DNA from: Candidatus Levyibacteriota bacterium
GTDB lineage: Bacteria; Patescibacteriota; Microgenomatia; Levybacterales; UBA12049
Assembly (NCBI GenBank): GCA_040900105.1
Contig: JBBDZP010000053.1
Location: forward strand, 3,726-66,875
Direction of reading: 5' to 3'
DNA: 63,150 nt
Under the pieces are notes generated by a model. That model made no database searches, had not been told where the DNA came from, and was given only the letters and a program-made list of their open reading frames with translations. Made by a program: the position numbers and the translations under genes. How positions within the stretch are numbered: the stretch's first letter is position 1; each line of letters opens with the position of its first letter. Below, piece after piece: positions 45,296-53,316 of the stretch.

Positions 45296-46519
45296 CTAAT
45301 TTTCCGGTGGCCAAAAGTATGCCGTTATAAAAATCATTGAAATGTATCCCAAATGGCTATTGTTAAAGTATCTAGATAAATACCAAAACACGAAAAGAAA
45401 AATTCCATAAGAGAGAATAAGCCTCACTACGGTATTGTTTTTCTTCTGCCAAAGAAATAACACTACAACAAGAGGAAAACATATTAGTGTTTGAATAATC
45501 CAGAATGGGAAATACGAATGTACGTCTTTTATAACTTCTATATCATTTAAGAACATCCCAAATCCATAACCAGAAATTGGATAACTATTAGCAACATTTC
45601 CTGAAAGATATAGTATTGTACTATCCAAGAAAGCCTTCAAGTTCCAAAATGCAAAGGGCAAAACTATTGCGGAAAATACGGCAGTAAAAGGTAATAGCTG
45701 CTTAACAGTTTCCTTTATATTTTTATTTGAGAAGTACAAATAGAAAAAATAAAAGGGAAAAATTGGCCATACGGACTGCTTTACTGCAAAAGCAAGCGCC
45801 ATAGGGACACCTGCCCAAGAGAATCTTTTTTTATAGAGCAATATAAGTCCTAGAAAAAGAAAGGGGAACATAAAAATGTCATCCCTGCCTTCTATAAAGT
45901 ACCCAAGAGTAGCCGGATTAAATGCCAAAAGAATAATAAATTCCAATCTTTTCTGCTTATCCTTTATAAAAAACCACACCGAAACAATAAGCGCAGCAAA
46001 TAAAAAGACCAAAGGCATTCTCCCGTCAAAAAAGCCAATAGTCCTTGTGGAAATGAGATAAAAAGGTATGGCAAAAATCAGAAAAAATGGCTGCATTACA
46101 AAGTGATAGAGCGCCGGATTTACTTCCGTATCCGAATAGTGCCAATCTTCAAGAGGTGTACCAAAATAATTAGTCGCGTACGGATTCTGACCATGCAGCA
46201 AAAACCTAATTGCGGATTCCTGCTGTATGATTATGTCATGGATGTTATGTGTGGGAGAGCTTTGATGCCTTACAATTATTTCCGAATAAGATGTTGCACC
46301 AATACTGCCAATAATTAGAGCGGTAAGAAGTATACTTTTGAAAAGAAACCTCGTCTTCTCTCTCAAGCTGAATAAATCCAGGGATACATAGGATAATAGC
46401 CCTGCAAAGATTAACCCAAAAAGCCAGTAGGGAGTAGTCCCGGGACTAATCCTATAATTCATAATAAATGGCACCAGCAGCGCGAAAAGAAGTACGCTAT
46501 CAAGTCTTATATTTCTCAT
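45296..46519 (-). CDS. Polytopic membrane protein, DUF2029/GT87-like GT-C candidate
   Basis: FNPATLGYFIEGRDDIFMFPFLFLGLILLYKK...VKQS parallels the motif in 28694..29830. The track start (46540) is a GTG. The ATG at 46519 forms an ATGA overlap with the upstream stop. Confidence 0.5.
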   Translation of the reverse strand: MRNIRLDSVLLFALLVPFIMNYRISPGTTPYWLFGLIFAGLLSYVSLDLFSLREKTRFLFKSILLTALIIGSIGATSYSEIIVRHQSSPTHNIHDIIIQQESAIRFLLHGQNPYATNYFGTPLEDWHYSDTEVNPALYHFVMQPFFLIFAIPFYLISTRTIGFFDGRMPLVFLFAALIVSVWFFIKDKQKRLEFIILLAFNPATLGYFIEGRDDIFMFPFLFLGLILLYKKRFSWAGVPMALAFAVKQSVWPIFPFYFFYLYFSNKNIKETVKQLLPFTAVFSAIVLPFAFWNLKAFLDSTILYLSGNVANSYPISGYGFGMFLNDIEVIKDVHSYFPFWIIQTLICFPLVVVLFLWQKKNNTVVRLILSYGIFLFVFWYLSRYFNNSHLGYISMIFITAYFWPPEN

Positions 46520-48048
46520 AGGTCTTTTCCAAAGTACCACTCTTCTGTCGCCTTGTAAATGGAGCTAGGATTAACTAAAAACCACTTGGCCTTTGCCAAT
46601 TCCGCGCTAGACGATCCGCTTAGGTCGTAAATCCATCCTCCCTGATCATCTAATATGCGCGGGTATGTGGATTTAGTATCTGTAATAACTCCAATCCCTA
46701 CCGCCATTCCATTATCATCTATCTTACTATTAAAATCTAAATATAAGCTTAATGGCAACGTTGCATATCCGAATTTACGCTCATAGTCATAAACCTTAAA
46801 TTTTTCATGCGGGTATAATTTTGTTAAAACTTTCTCCCAGTGCCTTGCCTGATACGACGCATAGTTTGTACTGTTAAGAATATTGCTAATATCTTTACTG
46901 ATGCTTCCTATCAACAGGAATATAAAAAGCAATAATCCCAATATTCTTTTAAATTTAAATAAAGAATAAGTCACCCATCCTGTCAAAATTATAACAAGCG
47001 GATTAACAAATATCAGATAGCTATCGAGTCTTTCTCCGCGATAGAATCTCAAAAGAATAAATATCAAAAGGAAGCTTAAAATAATAAGAAGTAGTGGCCT
47101 TGTCATTTTCCTCTGTACTGTTGAGTACACAGTAAATATGGATATAAGGAAAATAGATATGTAGCCTAAAATTGTTTGACCTCCAATAATATGTCCCCAA
47201 GCGGAAGGCCAATAAGAGCCAGCGTAGGTTAACCACCTGTTAGGGACATAAATTCTATATTGTCCATAAAGATAATAGTCAATTAAAGACCGCAAATTAT
47301 AGAAGTTATGTTTTAAATCAAATACTATTAAAGGCAGAAACGGCAGAACAAATCCAGAAAATAAAGCAGCAAGGCCTTTTTTACCAGGCCTTTGTAAAAT
47401 TATTGAAACAAGGATGAGCGAAACTAAGCCAATTGCCTGTAGATGGATATTTATAGCCATAGCTATAAAGAAGGGAAATAAAAATAGGTAGAGATTCCTT
47501 TTGGTCTTTATATATCTAATTGAAAAGTAAATAGCAAGAGCGGAAAAAATAGAAACACCGGAGGGGTTTGTAAGATCAACGCTTTGGGCTATCTGGGATG
47601 GAGAAATGGCAGCCAATAAACCTACGACCAAGCCAAGTCGCTTACCTCCTAGCTCTTTTCCTATCAAAATCATTAGATAAACGACTAGAACATAAGACAA
47701 AGAAAGCACGATCCATGGAGTCAAAATTGACCATGGATATAAGATAGTTGCTACTGCAACCAGCCAATACCATATTGGCCCCATTACAAATGCCGACTGG
47801 GACGTGAATGGGCCAAGAGTTGGAATTTTATGCTGTCTTAATGCTTCTCTCCCAATCAAAGCGTCCCTTGCCTGATCATGCGCCAAGGACCAACGATTGT
47901 CATAATTGTAAAAACGAAGAATTACAGATAAGAGAATGACTAAAATAACACAAGCTCCAAACCAATGGTCTTTTAAAAAGGTTATCGATTTTATTACCTT
48001 AGTTGACAAAGCGATATTTAAAAAGGGTCCACAACGCAATTGTGCCAT
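46516..48048 (-). CDS. COG1807/ArnT-like GT-C membrane glycosyltransferase candidate
   Basis: Paralog of 31333..32823 (see motifs there). The ATG at 48048 gives a 50-nt overlap with the upstream GT2, so the true start may be further downstream (for example TTG at 48009). Confidence 0.55.
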   Translation of the reverse strand: MAQLRCGPFLNIALSTKVIKSITFLKDHWFGACVILVILLSVILRFYNYDNRWSLAHDQARDALIGREALRQHKIPTLGPFTSQSAFVMGPIWYWLVAVATILYPWSILTPWIVLSLSYVLVVYLMILIGKELGGKRLGLVVGLLAAISPSQIAQSVDLTNPSGVSIFSALAIYFSIRYIKTKRNLYLFLFPFFIAMAINIHLQAIGLVSLILVSIILQRPGKKGLAALFSGFVLPFLPLIVFDLKHNFYNLRSLIDYYLYGQYRIYVPNRWLTYAGSYWPSAWGHIIGGQTILGYISIFLISIFTVYSTVQRKMTRPLLLIILSFLLIFILLRFYRGERLDSYLIFVNPLVIILTGWVTYSLFKFKRILGLLLFIFLLIGSISKDISNILNSTNYASYQARHWEKVLTKLYPHEKFKVYDYERKFGYATLPLSLYLDFNSKIDDNGMAVGIGVITDTKSTYPRILDDQGGWIYDLSGSSSAELAKAKWFLVNPSSIYKATEEWYFGKDL

Positions 48049-48709
48049 CTTTCATTGCATGTAATTTTTTACCATCTTCATATCCCCGCGGCGTGGTGGT
48101 GATGGGTATTTCCAAAATCTTATATCCTCTTTTTAAAAGCTTTGATGTTATTTCAGGCTCAAAATCAAACCGCTTTGCTTTTAACTTCATATCTGTTACG
48201 GCTTTTTTTGGAAAAAGTTTGTAGCAGGTTTCCATATCCGTAAGCCATTGTCCATAAAGAATGCTAGTTAAAAGGCTTAAAAATCTATTGCCTAGATAAT
48301 GTATTAAAAACAAAGGTTTTCTTTCATCTCTTGAAAAATTTGGCAATCGCTTAAGTCTTGTCCCGTATACTACCTTTGCTTTCTTTTCCGTAACCTGGCT
48401 TAAAAGTTTCTTGATATCCTGGGGATCATATTCCAAATCCGCATCTTGGATAACTATATAATCTCCCGTGGCATGATGTATTCCTGTCTTTACTGCCGTA
48501 CCTTTACCGCTATTTTTATCATGGAAAAATACCTTAGTGTTTTTAAGATTTAATTTTTTCAGAATGCCAGGAGTCCCGTCTGTTGAACCATCATCAACAA
48601 CTATAACTTCTATATTAACAGAAGGCATTTTTAAAGCTTGTACTCTGTTGATAACTTTACCAATAGTCTTCTGCTCATTGAAGACCGGAATAATAATAGA
48701 TAATTTCAT
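47999..48709 (-). CDS. GT2 polyprenyl-phosphate sugar synthase-like glycosyltransferase (DPM1/GtrB type), soluble form
   Basis: KLSIIIPVFNEQKTIGKV, VVDDGSTDGT, GKGTAVKTG, QDADLEYDP and DMETCYKLF. Confidence 0.8.
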   Translation of the reverse strand: MKLSIIIPVFNEQKTIGKVINRVQALKMPSVNIEVIVVDDGSTDGTPGILKKLNLKNTKVFFHDKNSGKGTAVKTGIHHATGDYIVIQDADLEYDPQDIKKLLSQVTEKKAKVVYGTRLKRLPNFSRDERKPLFLIHYLGNRFLSLLTSILYGQWLTDMETCYKLFPKKAVTDMKLKAKRFDFEPEITSKLLKRGYKILEIPITTTPRGYEDGKKLHAMKDGTIALWTLFKYRFVN

Positions 48710-49656
48710 TCTTGCACAGAAGCTACAACTTCTCTATCTTTTTTTACAAACATTTTTTTTGACCTAGAATTAAATTCTATAACTTTTGGAAGTAATATGA
48801 AAGCACTAAACAGTCCTATAAAAAATGCCATGTCTAATCTTAAAAGCGCCTTTGCGATATGATAAGGGAGAAAAATAAGATGTTCTAATCTAATATCTAT
48901 ATCCGTAGCATTGCTCCAGACAAAGATAAACTGATTCCTGTATGCGATAGTTTTTACCTTGAATGGAGTATATGTTTTTTTAATTGCTCCTCTACTGTGC
49001 TCATGGAATACAATGCTTTCCGGTTCAAATAAAACTTTATAACCTGACTTTTGCGCCCTGTATGATAAATCTATATCCTCCCAGTAGAAAGGGTCATAGA
49101 GCTCATTCAATCCTCCCAGTTTTTCCCAAATGCTTCTCCTAAAAGCTCCGCTCCCCCCGCTTACCCATAGCGTATTTTTCTTACCAACATCCCCTCTTCT
49201 ATGAATAAGCAAACCTCTTTGCCAACTTCCCAAACCTCTTCCTCTTAAAACTACTCTATTGCCTTCAATGCTCTTATCCATGCACCCAACCGCAAAAACA
49301 TCCTCATCCTTAAAGTGCTTAAGAAGCGGTGTTAAAAGTCCTTTCTCGGAGTACACATCTGTATTTAAAAGCAATAAAATATCCCCCCTTGCTATAGATG
49401 CCCCCTTATTCACCGTCGAGGAGAACCCTAGATTTCTTTTGTTTTTAATAAATTTGAAACTTGAAATTTGTCCTGAGCTTGCCGAATGGATGAAATTTGA
49501 AATTACCGATTCGCTAGAATCGGTTGATGCATCGTCCACTACTATTACTTCAACGTCGCCGTCCTTATAATTTTGAAGCTCTTCAATGATTTTAGGAAGA
49601 TTTTTCTTCAATAAATTTTCCCCATTATAGTTTGGAATAACAACGCTAATGTTCAT
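48706..49656 (-). CDS. GT2 glycosyltransferase
   Basis: ISVVIPNYNGENLL, VVDDASTDSS, LLLNTDV and WEDIDLSYR (the ED motif typical of GT2 family members). Confidence 0.8.
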   Translation of the reverse strand: MNISVVIPNYNGENLLKKNLPKIIEELQNYKDGDVEVIVVDDASTDSSESVISNFIHSASSGQISSFKFIKNKRNLGFSSTVNKGASIARGDILLLLNTDVYSEKGLLTPLLKHFKDEDVFAVGCMDKSIEGNRVVLRGRGLGSWQRGLLIHRRGDVGKKNTLWVSGGSGAFRRSIWEKLGGLNELYDPFYWEDIDLSYRAQKSGYKVLFEPESIVFHEHSRGAIKKTYTPFKVKTIAYRNQFIFVWSNATDIDIRLEHLIFLPYHIAKALLRLDMAFFIGLFSAFILLPKVIEFNSRSKKMFVKKDREVVASVQE

Positions 49657-49657
49657 A

Positions 49658-51916
49658 TTAAAAAAGACTATTATAAAATACTATCTCATGTGTACCCTTT
49701 GGAACTAAGACTCCCCTAAAATTAAAATCGGTTAAATGAATTTTTACTTTTTTGCCATCGATTCTTGCTTTCCATGTTGGGTAGAAGCTGTCGGTTAAAA
49801 CCAGAAATCCTTCTTCGGTGTTTTGGGTTTTAACAATCACTTCGTTCTCATTATAATTTAAGATTTCTGCCGTTCCAACTCCAAAATTTCCGGATTCAAA
49901 GTTTTCAACCACCGCTAGATTATTTAAGGAATCTTTCTTGTCAAACAACATAACAACAGCTTCTTCCTTACTCTCCACGTCTACCACAACATTAACAAAA
50001 AATGCTCTTGGTAATACTTTTCTATTTTCATAAATTCTCGTCTCTCCCTCTTGAAAAACCTTGGTAAGATTTTCATTATCAACGTCTGAAAGACTCAATA
50101 CGTACTTCACTCCGAGCAAATTTATGATGCTTGATGAATAATTATGAGGATTTATAATTCTATTAAAACCGAAAGGTGGGTTGATGTTTGTGTTTCCGCG
50201 TTCAGATGCAGCGATTAGTTCTCCATATCTTAAAATATACAGCGGATCGTAGACATCTACGCTTTGAATTTTATAAACGGCTGAAAAATTAGGTGGAAAA
50301 ATTCTTGAATCTGTCGTCATAAACCTAAAATTTCCTAGATTTTCCTTAAGGTATGCTATGGTAGAGGTTGAAGGGAATAAATATTCTTTCTTAGTGAACG
50401 GATTAAATTTCAAGCTGAACCGTAGAAGGTCAATCATTACTAAAATAATGATTAAATACAAAACAGTCTGCAGAATCTTTTGATTCTTATAACGCCTTGC
50501 TAAGGCGTAACAGGTAATGATAACAATGGCCGCAAAAAACATAGCAGTTGGAAAAATAAGATTTTGTTTTGCAACAGATAGATGATCTACGGGTAAATAC
50601 TTATCTCCAAAAGTCACAAATGTCCACAAAGATATAAAGACTACCGCGATAAATCCCAGAGGATAAGCTATTCCTTTTCCGGTTTTAATAAACCTATCAA
50701 GGCCCAATGCCGCTAAAACACTTAACGAAAACCCTGTAATAAAAAGTAGCCTGGTTGGCTGGGATGTATCAACAAATGGGATATTAAGCATAAATGGAAG
50801 TTTTGCAAAAATTGTTGGAAGAGCAAAAATCAAAGACGCAAAAAATGCTGTACCGAAAAACAATGTTTTCTTGTCTCTTCTAAAAAATAGGGCAAATATG
50901 GAAAATATTAATGGCAGTATTCCAACATAACCAATAAATTCTCCCCAGTTCCATACTCCAAAATAGTTAAGCGTTACAGGATTTCCAAAAAAGTCCGGTG
51001 CGAAAAATTGGATAAGATGTTCCCAGGGGATAAACCAACCACCGGCTTGCCAATTTAAATCTATACCTCTGGCTGAAAGCATAATAAATTGCAACGTAGG
51101 GATCCACTGTACTGCGGTGAGTATTATGAATAGTGTAGTAAGTATTATGTATAAAAATAGTAAAATTTTCTTACTTTCTGAATTAAAAAATCTCGCAAGC
51201 AGATATGCAAAAGAAAAAATTATCAAATAAAAGAATACCTGTAAGTGACCTGCAAAAAATGATGAAGCAAGAGAAAAGAGATAAACAAAACTCCAAAGAA
51301 TGACATTTCTGTTTTTGATACTTACTATTTGATACTTACTATTTGATACTAACTTATCTATAGATAACAGAATAAGAGGAAGCCAAAGTGCTGTATGAAG
51401 AATTGTTCCCCACTCAAGCCAAGCGGTAAAGAACCCACACAGAGCAAATGTCATAGATCCTAGTACACTCGCTTCTTTTGAGAGTTTTAAATTAGATAAG
51501 TACATATACAGAAAAACTGCGGCAAGCAATGGTCCCAGAAATATAAGCAGGCTCCAAGCATAACTCATAGGCAGCATAAGAAATAGAATATTAAGGGGGT
51601 AAAAAGATGCGGACTGAAAATTTGCGAGAAGCGGTGCTCCAGCCGCGTTATACGGATTCCAAAGAGGAAGAGTGTTTTTTTTCTCAGCTTCTGCAACAAG
51701 CTGTTTCCACGGATACAATTGTCTCACAGGATCTGTAATTAGAGAATTTTTGAATGGTATCCCTCTTGGATAATCTTTTGCGTAAAGATCTCTAAAGGGG
51801 TGGTAGAGTCCAATAATAGTATCTGACGGGATTGGTAGGAGTCCCCGTGCTATGAATTGATAAAATAAAATTACTATGGCAGCTAAAATAAATAAAAACG
51901 GGAATAATTTTTTCAT
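49658..51916 (-). CDS. YfhO-family GT-C membrane glycosyltransferase
   Basis: 752 aa. DPVRQLYPW, LPLWNPYNAAGAPLLANFQSASFYPLN and C-terminal FYPTWKARIDGKKVKIHLTDFNFRGVLVPKGTHEI match my memory of the YfhO family. Contains a 14-nt tandem array. Confidence 0.7.
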   Translation of the reverse strand: MKKLFPFLFILAAIVILFYQFIARGLLPIPSDTIIGLYHPFRDLYAKDYPRGIPFKNSLITDPVRQLYPWKQLVAEAEKKNTLPLWNPYNAAGAPLLANFQSASFYPLNILFLMLPMSYAWSLLIFLGPLLAAVFLYMYLSNLKLSKEASVLGSMTFALCGFFTAWLEWGTILHTALWLPLILLSIDKLVSNSKYQIVSIKNRNVILWSFVYLFSLASSFFAGHLQVFFYLIIFSFAYLLARFFNSESKKILLFLYIILTTLFIILTAVQWIPTLQFIMLSARGIDLNWQAGGWFIPWEHLIQFFAPDFFGNPVTLNYFGVWNWGEFIGYVGILPLIFSIFALFFRRDKKTLFFGTAFFASLIFALPTIFAKLPFMLNIPFVDTSQPTRLLFITGFSLSVLAALGLDRFIKTGKGIAYPLGFIAVVFISLWTFVTFGDKYLPVDHLSVAKQNLIFPTAMFFAAIVIITCYALARRYKNQKILQTVLYLIIILVMIDLLRFSLKFNPFTKKEYLFPSTSTIAYLKENLGNFRFMTTDSRIFPPNFSAVYKIQSVDVYDPLYILRYGELIAASERGNTNINPPFGFNRIINPHNYSSSIINLLGVKYVLSLSDVDNENLTKVFQEGETRIYENRKVLPRAFFVNVVVDVESKEEAVVMLFDKKDSLNNLAVVENFESGNFGVGTAEILNYNENEVIVKTQNTEEGFLVLTDSFYPTWKARIDGKKVKIHLTDFNFRGVLVPKGTHEIVFYNSLF
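51314..51350. repeat. 14-nt tandem array (TACTATTTGATACT)x2.6 inside the YfhO gene
   Basis: Partial copy tttgatact at 51314..51322, then perfect 14-mers at 51323..51336 and 51337..51350. Coding strand is AGTATCAAATAGTA and encodes SNSKYQIVSIK. The loop is about 10 aa longer than in the YfhO paralog. Confidence 0.9.
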
Positions 51917-52971
51917 TTAATAATTTCCCTTAATTCTTTACAAAATCGCTCACCCGAAAAAAATTTAGCTCTTCTCTGCGCTGATTCGGACATTCTTTCA
52001 AGCAATATTTTATCTTTTACTAATTCTTCCGTTCTATTTTTAAGCTCCTCTAAAGTATCCCACAGAAAACCACTTCCCTTTTCAACTATTTCCTTTTGTC
52101 CTCCTGCGTTAATTACAATAGGAACGGCACCAGCCCCCATTGCCTCAACAGTTGAGATTCCAAAATGTTCCGCATACTCAGGATGCTCATTCAAATTTTC
52201 TCCATATCCTGCCGCATGCCAGTATATCTTAGATCTGGAATAAATATCCCAAAGCTCATTGCTTTCTTGGTTTATCAAAAATTCTATAGGATAGCCCTTT
52301 GCTGTTTTCTTTATTCTATCAAGCTCCGGTTCATCTTTCTTGGTGCACCCCGTTACTATCACAAGCTTCCATCCTCTTAATCCTTCTTCTACCATATTTT
52401 TAAATGCTCCAATCATTACGGTCTGTTTTTTAAAATCATCCAAGGGAATATTTTTGTATCTGAATTTTCCCACCGTCAAAACAATGTTTTCTTTTTTTAC
52501 ATCTTTTGTTTTTACTTCAACGGGAGGATACAAAACTACACCTTTTACTCCAAAGGTTTTATCTGCGTATGATTTCGTAAATTTTGAGTTATAGATAAAC
52601 TCAGCTACTCTTCTTATCTTAAGCTTTGCTTTTACGCTCGCCCTAACAAATGGTAGAGGCTGTTGGATGTGAACGTACAATTTCGAGGCGACAAACGGAA
52701 TACTTCCATCACTTAGAACAAACAGAAGATCATATTTTTTACTTTCGTTTAATCTCTTAAGAAACCCAACGTCTTTTGAAAATATATTTTTTGATAATTT
52801 GACTTTTGAAAGGCCTAAGGAAAACCTGTGCTTAAGTTTTTTAAAATCTTCTTCGTTGTCCCAAAAAATCGTAACGTTGTTGTCTTCGGAGAGACACTCT
52901 GCAATGCTTGTTATATATTTTTCCCCTCCGCCTAAGTCGTCTAAATAAGGATCGTAAATTCCAACCTTCAC
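51913..52971 (-). CDS. GT4 (GT-B) glycosyltransferase
   Basis: GTG start. C-terminal EHFGISTVEAMGAGAVPIVINAGGQKEIV (EX7E-like). ATGA overlap with the downstream YfhO gene. Confidence 0.75.
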   Translation of the reverse strand: MKVGIYDPYLDDLGGGEKYITSIAECLSEDNNVTIFWDNEEDFKKLKHRFSLGLSKVKLSKNIFSKDVGFLKRLNESKKYDLLFVLSDGSIPFVASKLYVHIQQPLPFVRASVKAKLKIRRVAEFIYNSKFTKSYADKTFGVKGVVLYPPVEVKTKDVKKENIVLTVGKFRYKNIPLDDFKKQTVMIGAFKNMVEEGLRGWKLVIVTGCTKKDEPELDRIKKTAKGYPIEFLINQESNELWDIYSRSKIYWHAAGYGENLNEHPEYAEHFGISTVEAMGAGAVPIVINAGGQKEIVEKGSGFLWDTLEELKNRTEELVKDKILLERMSESAQRRAKFFSGERFCKELREIIK

Positions 52972-53073
52972 AAGCTTATTCTAGCAACTTTTATCCCCGC
53001 CCGCCATAGCCTTGCCCAGACATTATGAGCGGACATATTGCAAAGCTTATAAAGGTATGATAATCTTAGCTTG

Positions 53074-53316
53074 ATGAATCCTTTCTCAGCGATTCCAAGC
53101 GCATTTCCGCCCTTAACATACCTTGTAATTTTGGTCTGGTCTCTTTTTTGGAAAGGACTTGCTCTATGGAGAGCGGCAAAATATGACCAAAGGAACTGGT
53201 TTATCGTAATTTTAATTGTTAATTTGGCGGGAATTTTAGAAATTATATATCTCTTTGGATTTGCTAAGAAAAAGCTTAGATTTTCCGAGCTAAAAATTTG
53301 GGAAACAAAGAAATAA
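53074..53316 (+). CDS. Small two-TM membrane protein, DUF5652-like
   Basis: LVILVWSLFWKGLALWRAAKYDQRNWFIVILIVNLAGILEIIYLF matches my memory of the DUF5652 pattern (W-K-G-x-A-L-W-x-A-A ... LGILEIIYL). The track uses the TTG at 53071; the ATG is at 53074. Its 3' end overlaps the convergent YfhO gene by 41 nt. Confidence 0.6.
   Translation: MNPFSAIPSAFPPLTYLVILVWSLFWKGLALWRAAKYDQRNWFIVILIVNLAGILEIIYLFGFAKKKLRFSELKIWETKK

Noticed and set aside
27084-48709. Whether the repeated gene families reflect IS elements, recent segmental duplication or an assembly artefact
   Set aside because: The paralogs are divergent at protein level, with only motif-level conservation by eye. No inverted terminal repeats, transposase or integrase genes are present, and flanking genes differ. 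These are old paralogs, not mobile DNA or collapsed repeats.
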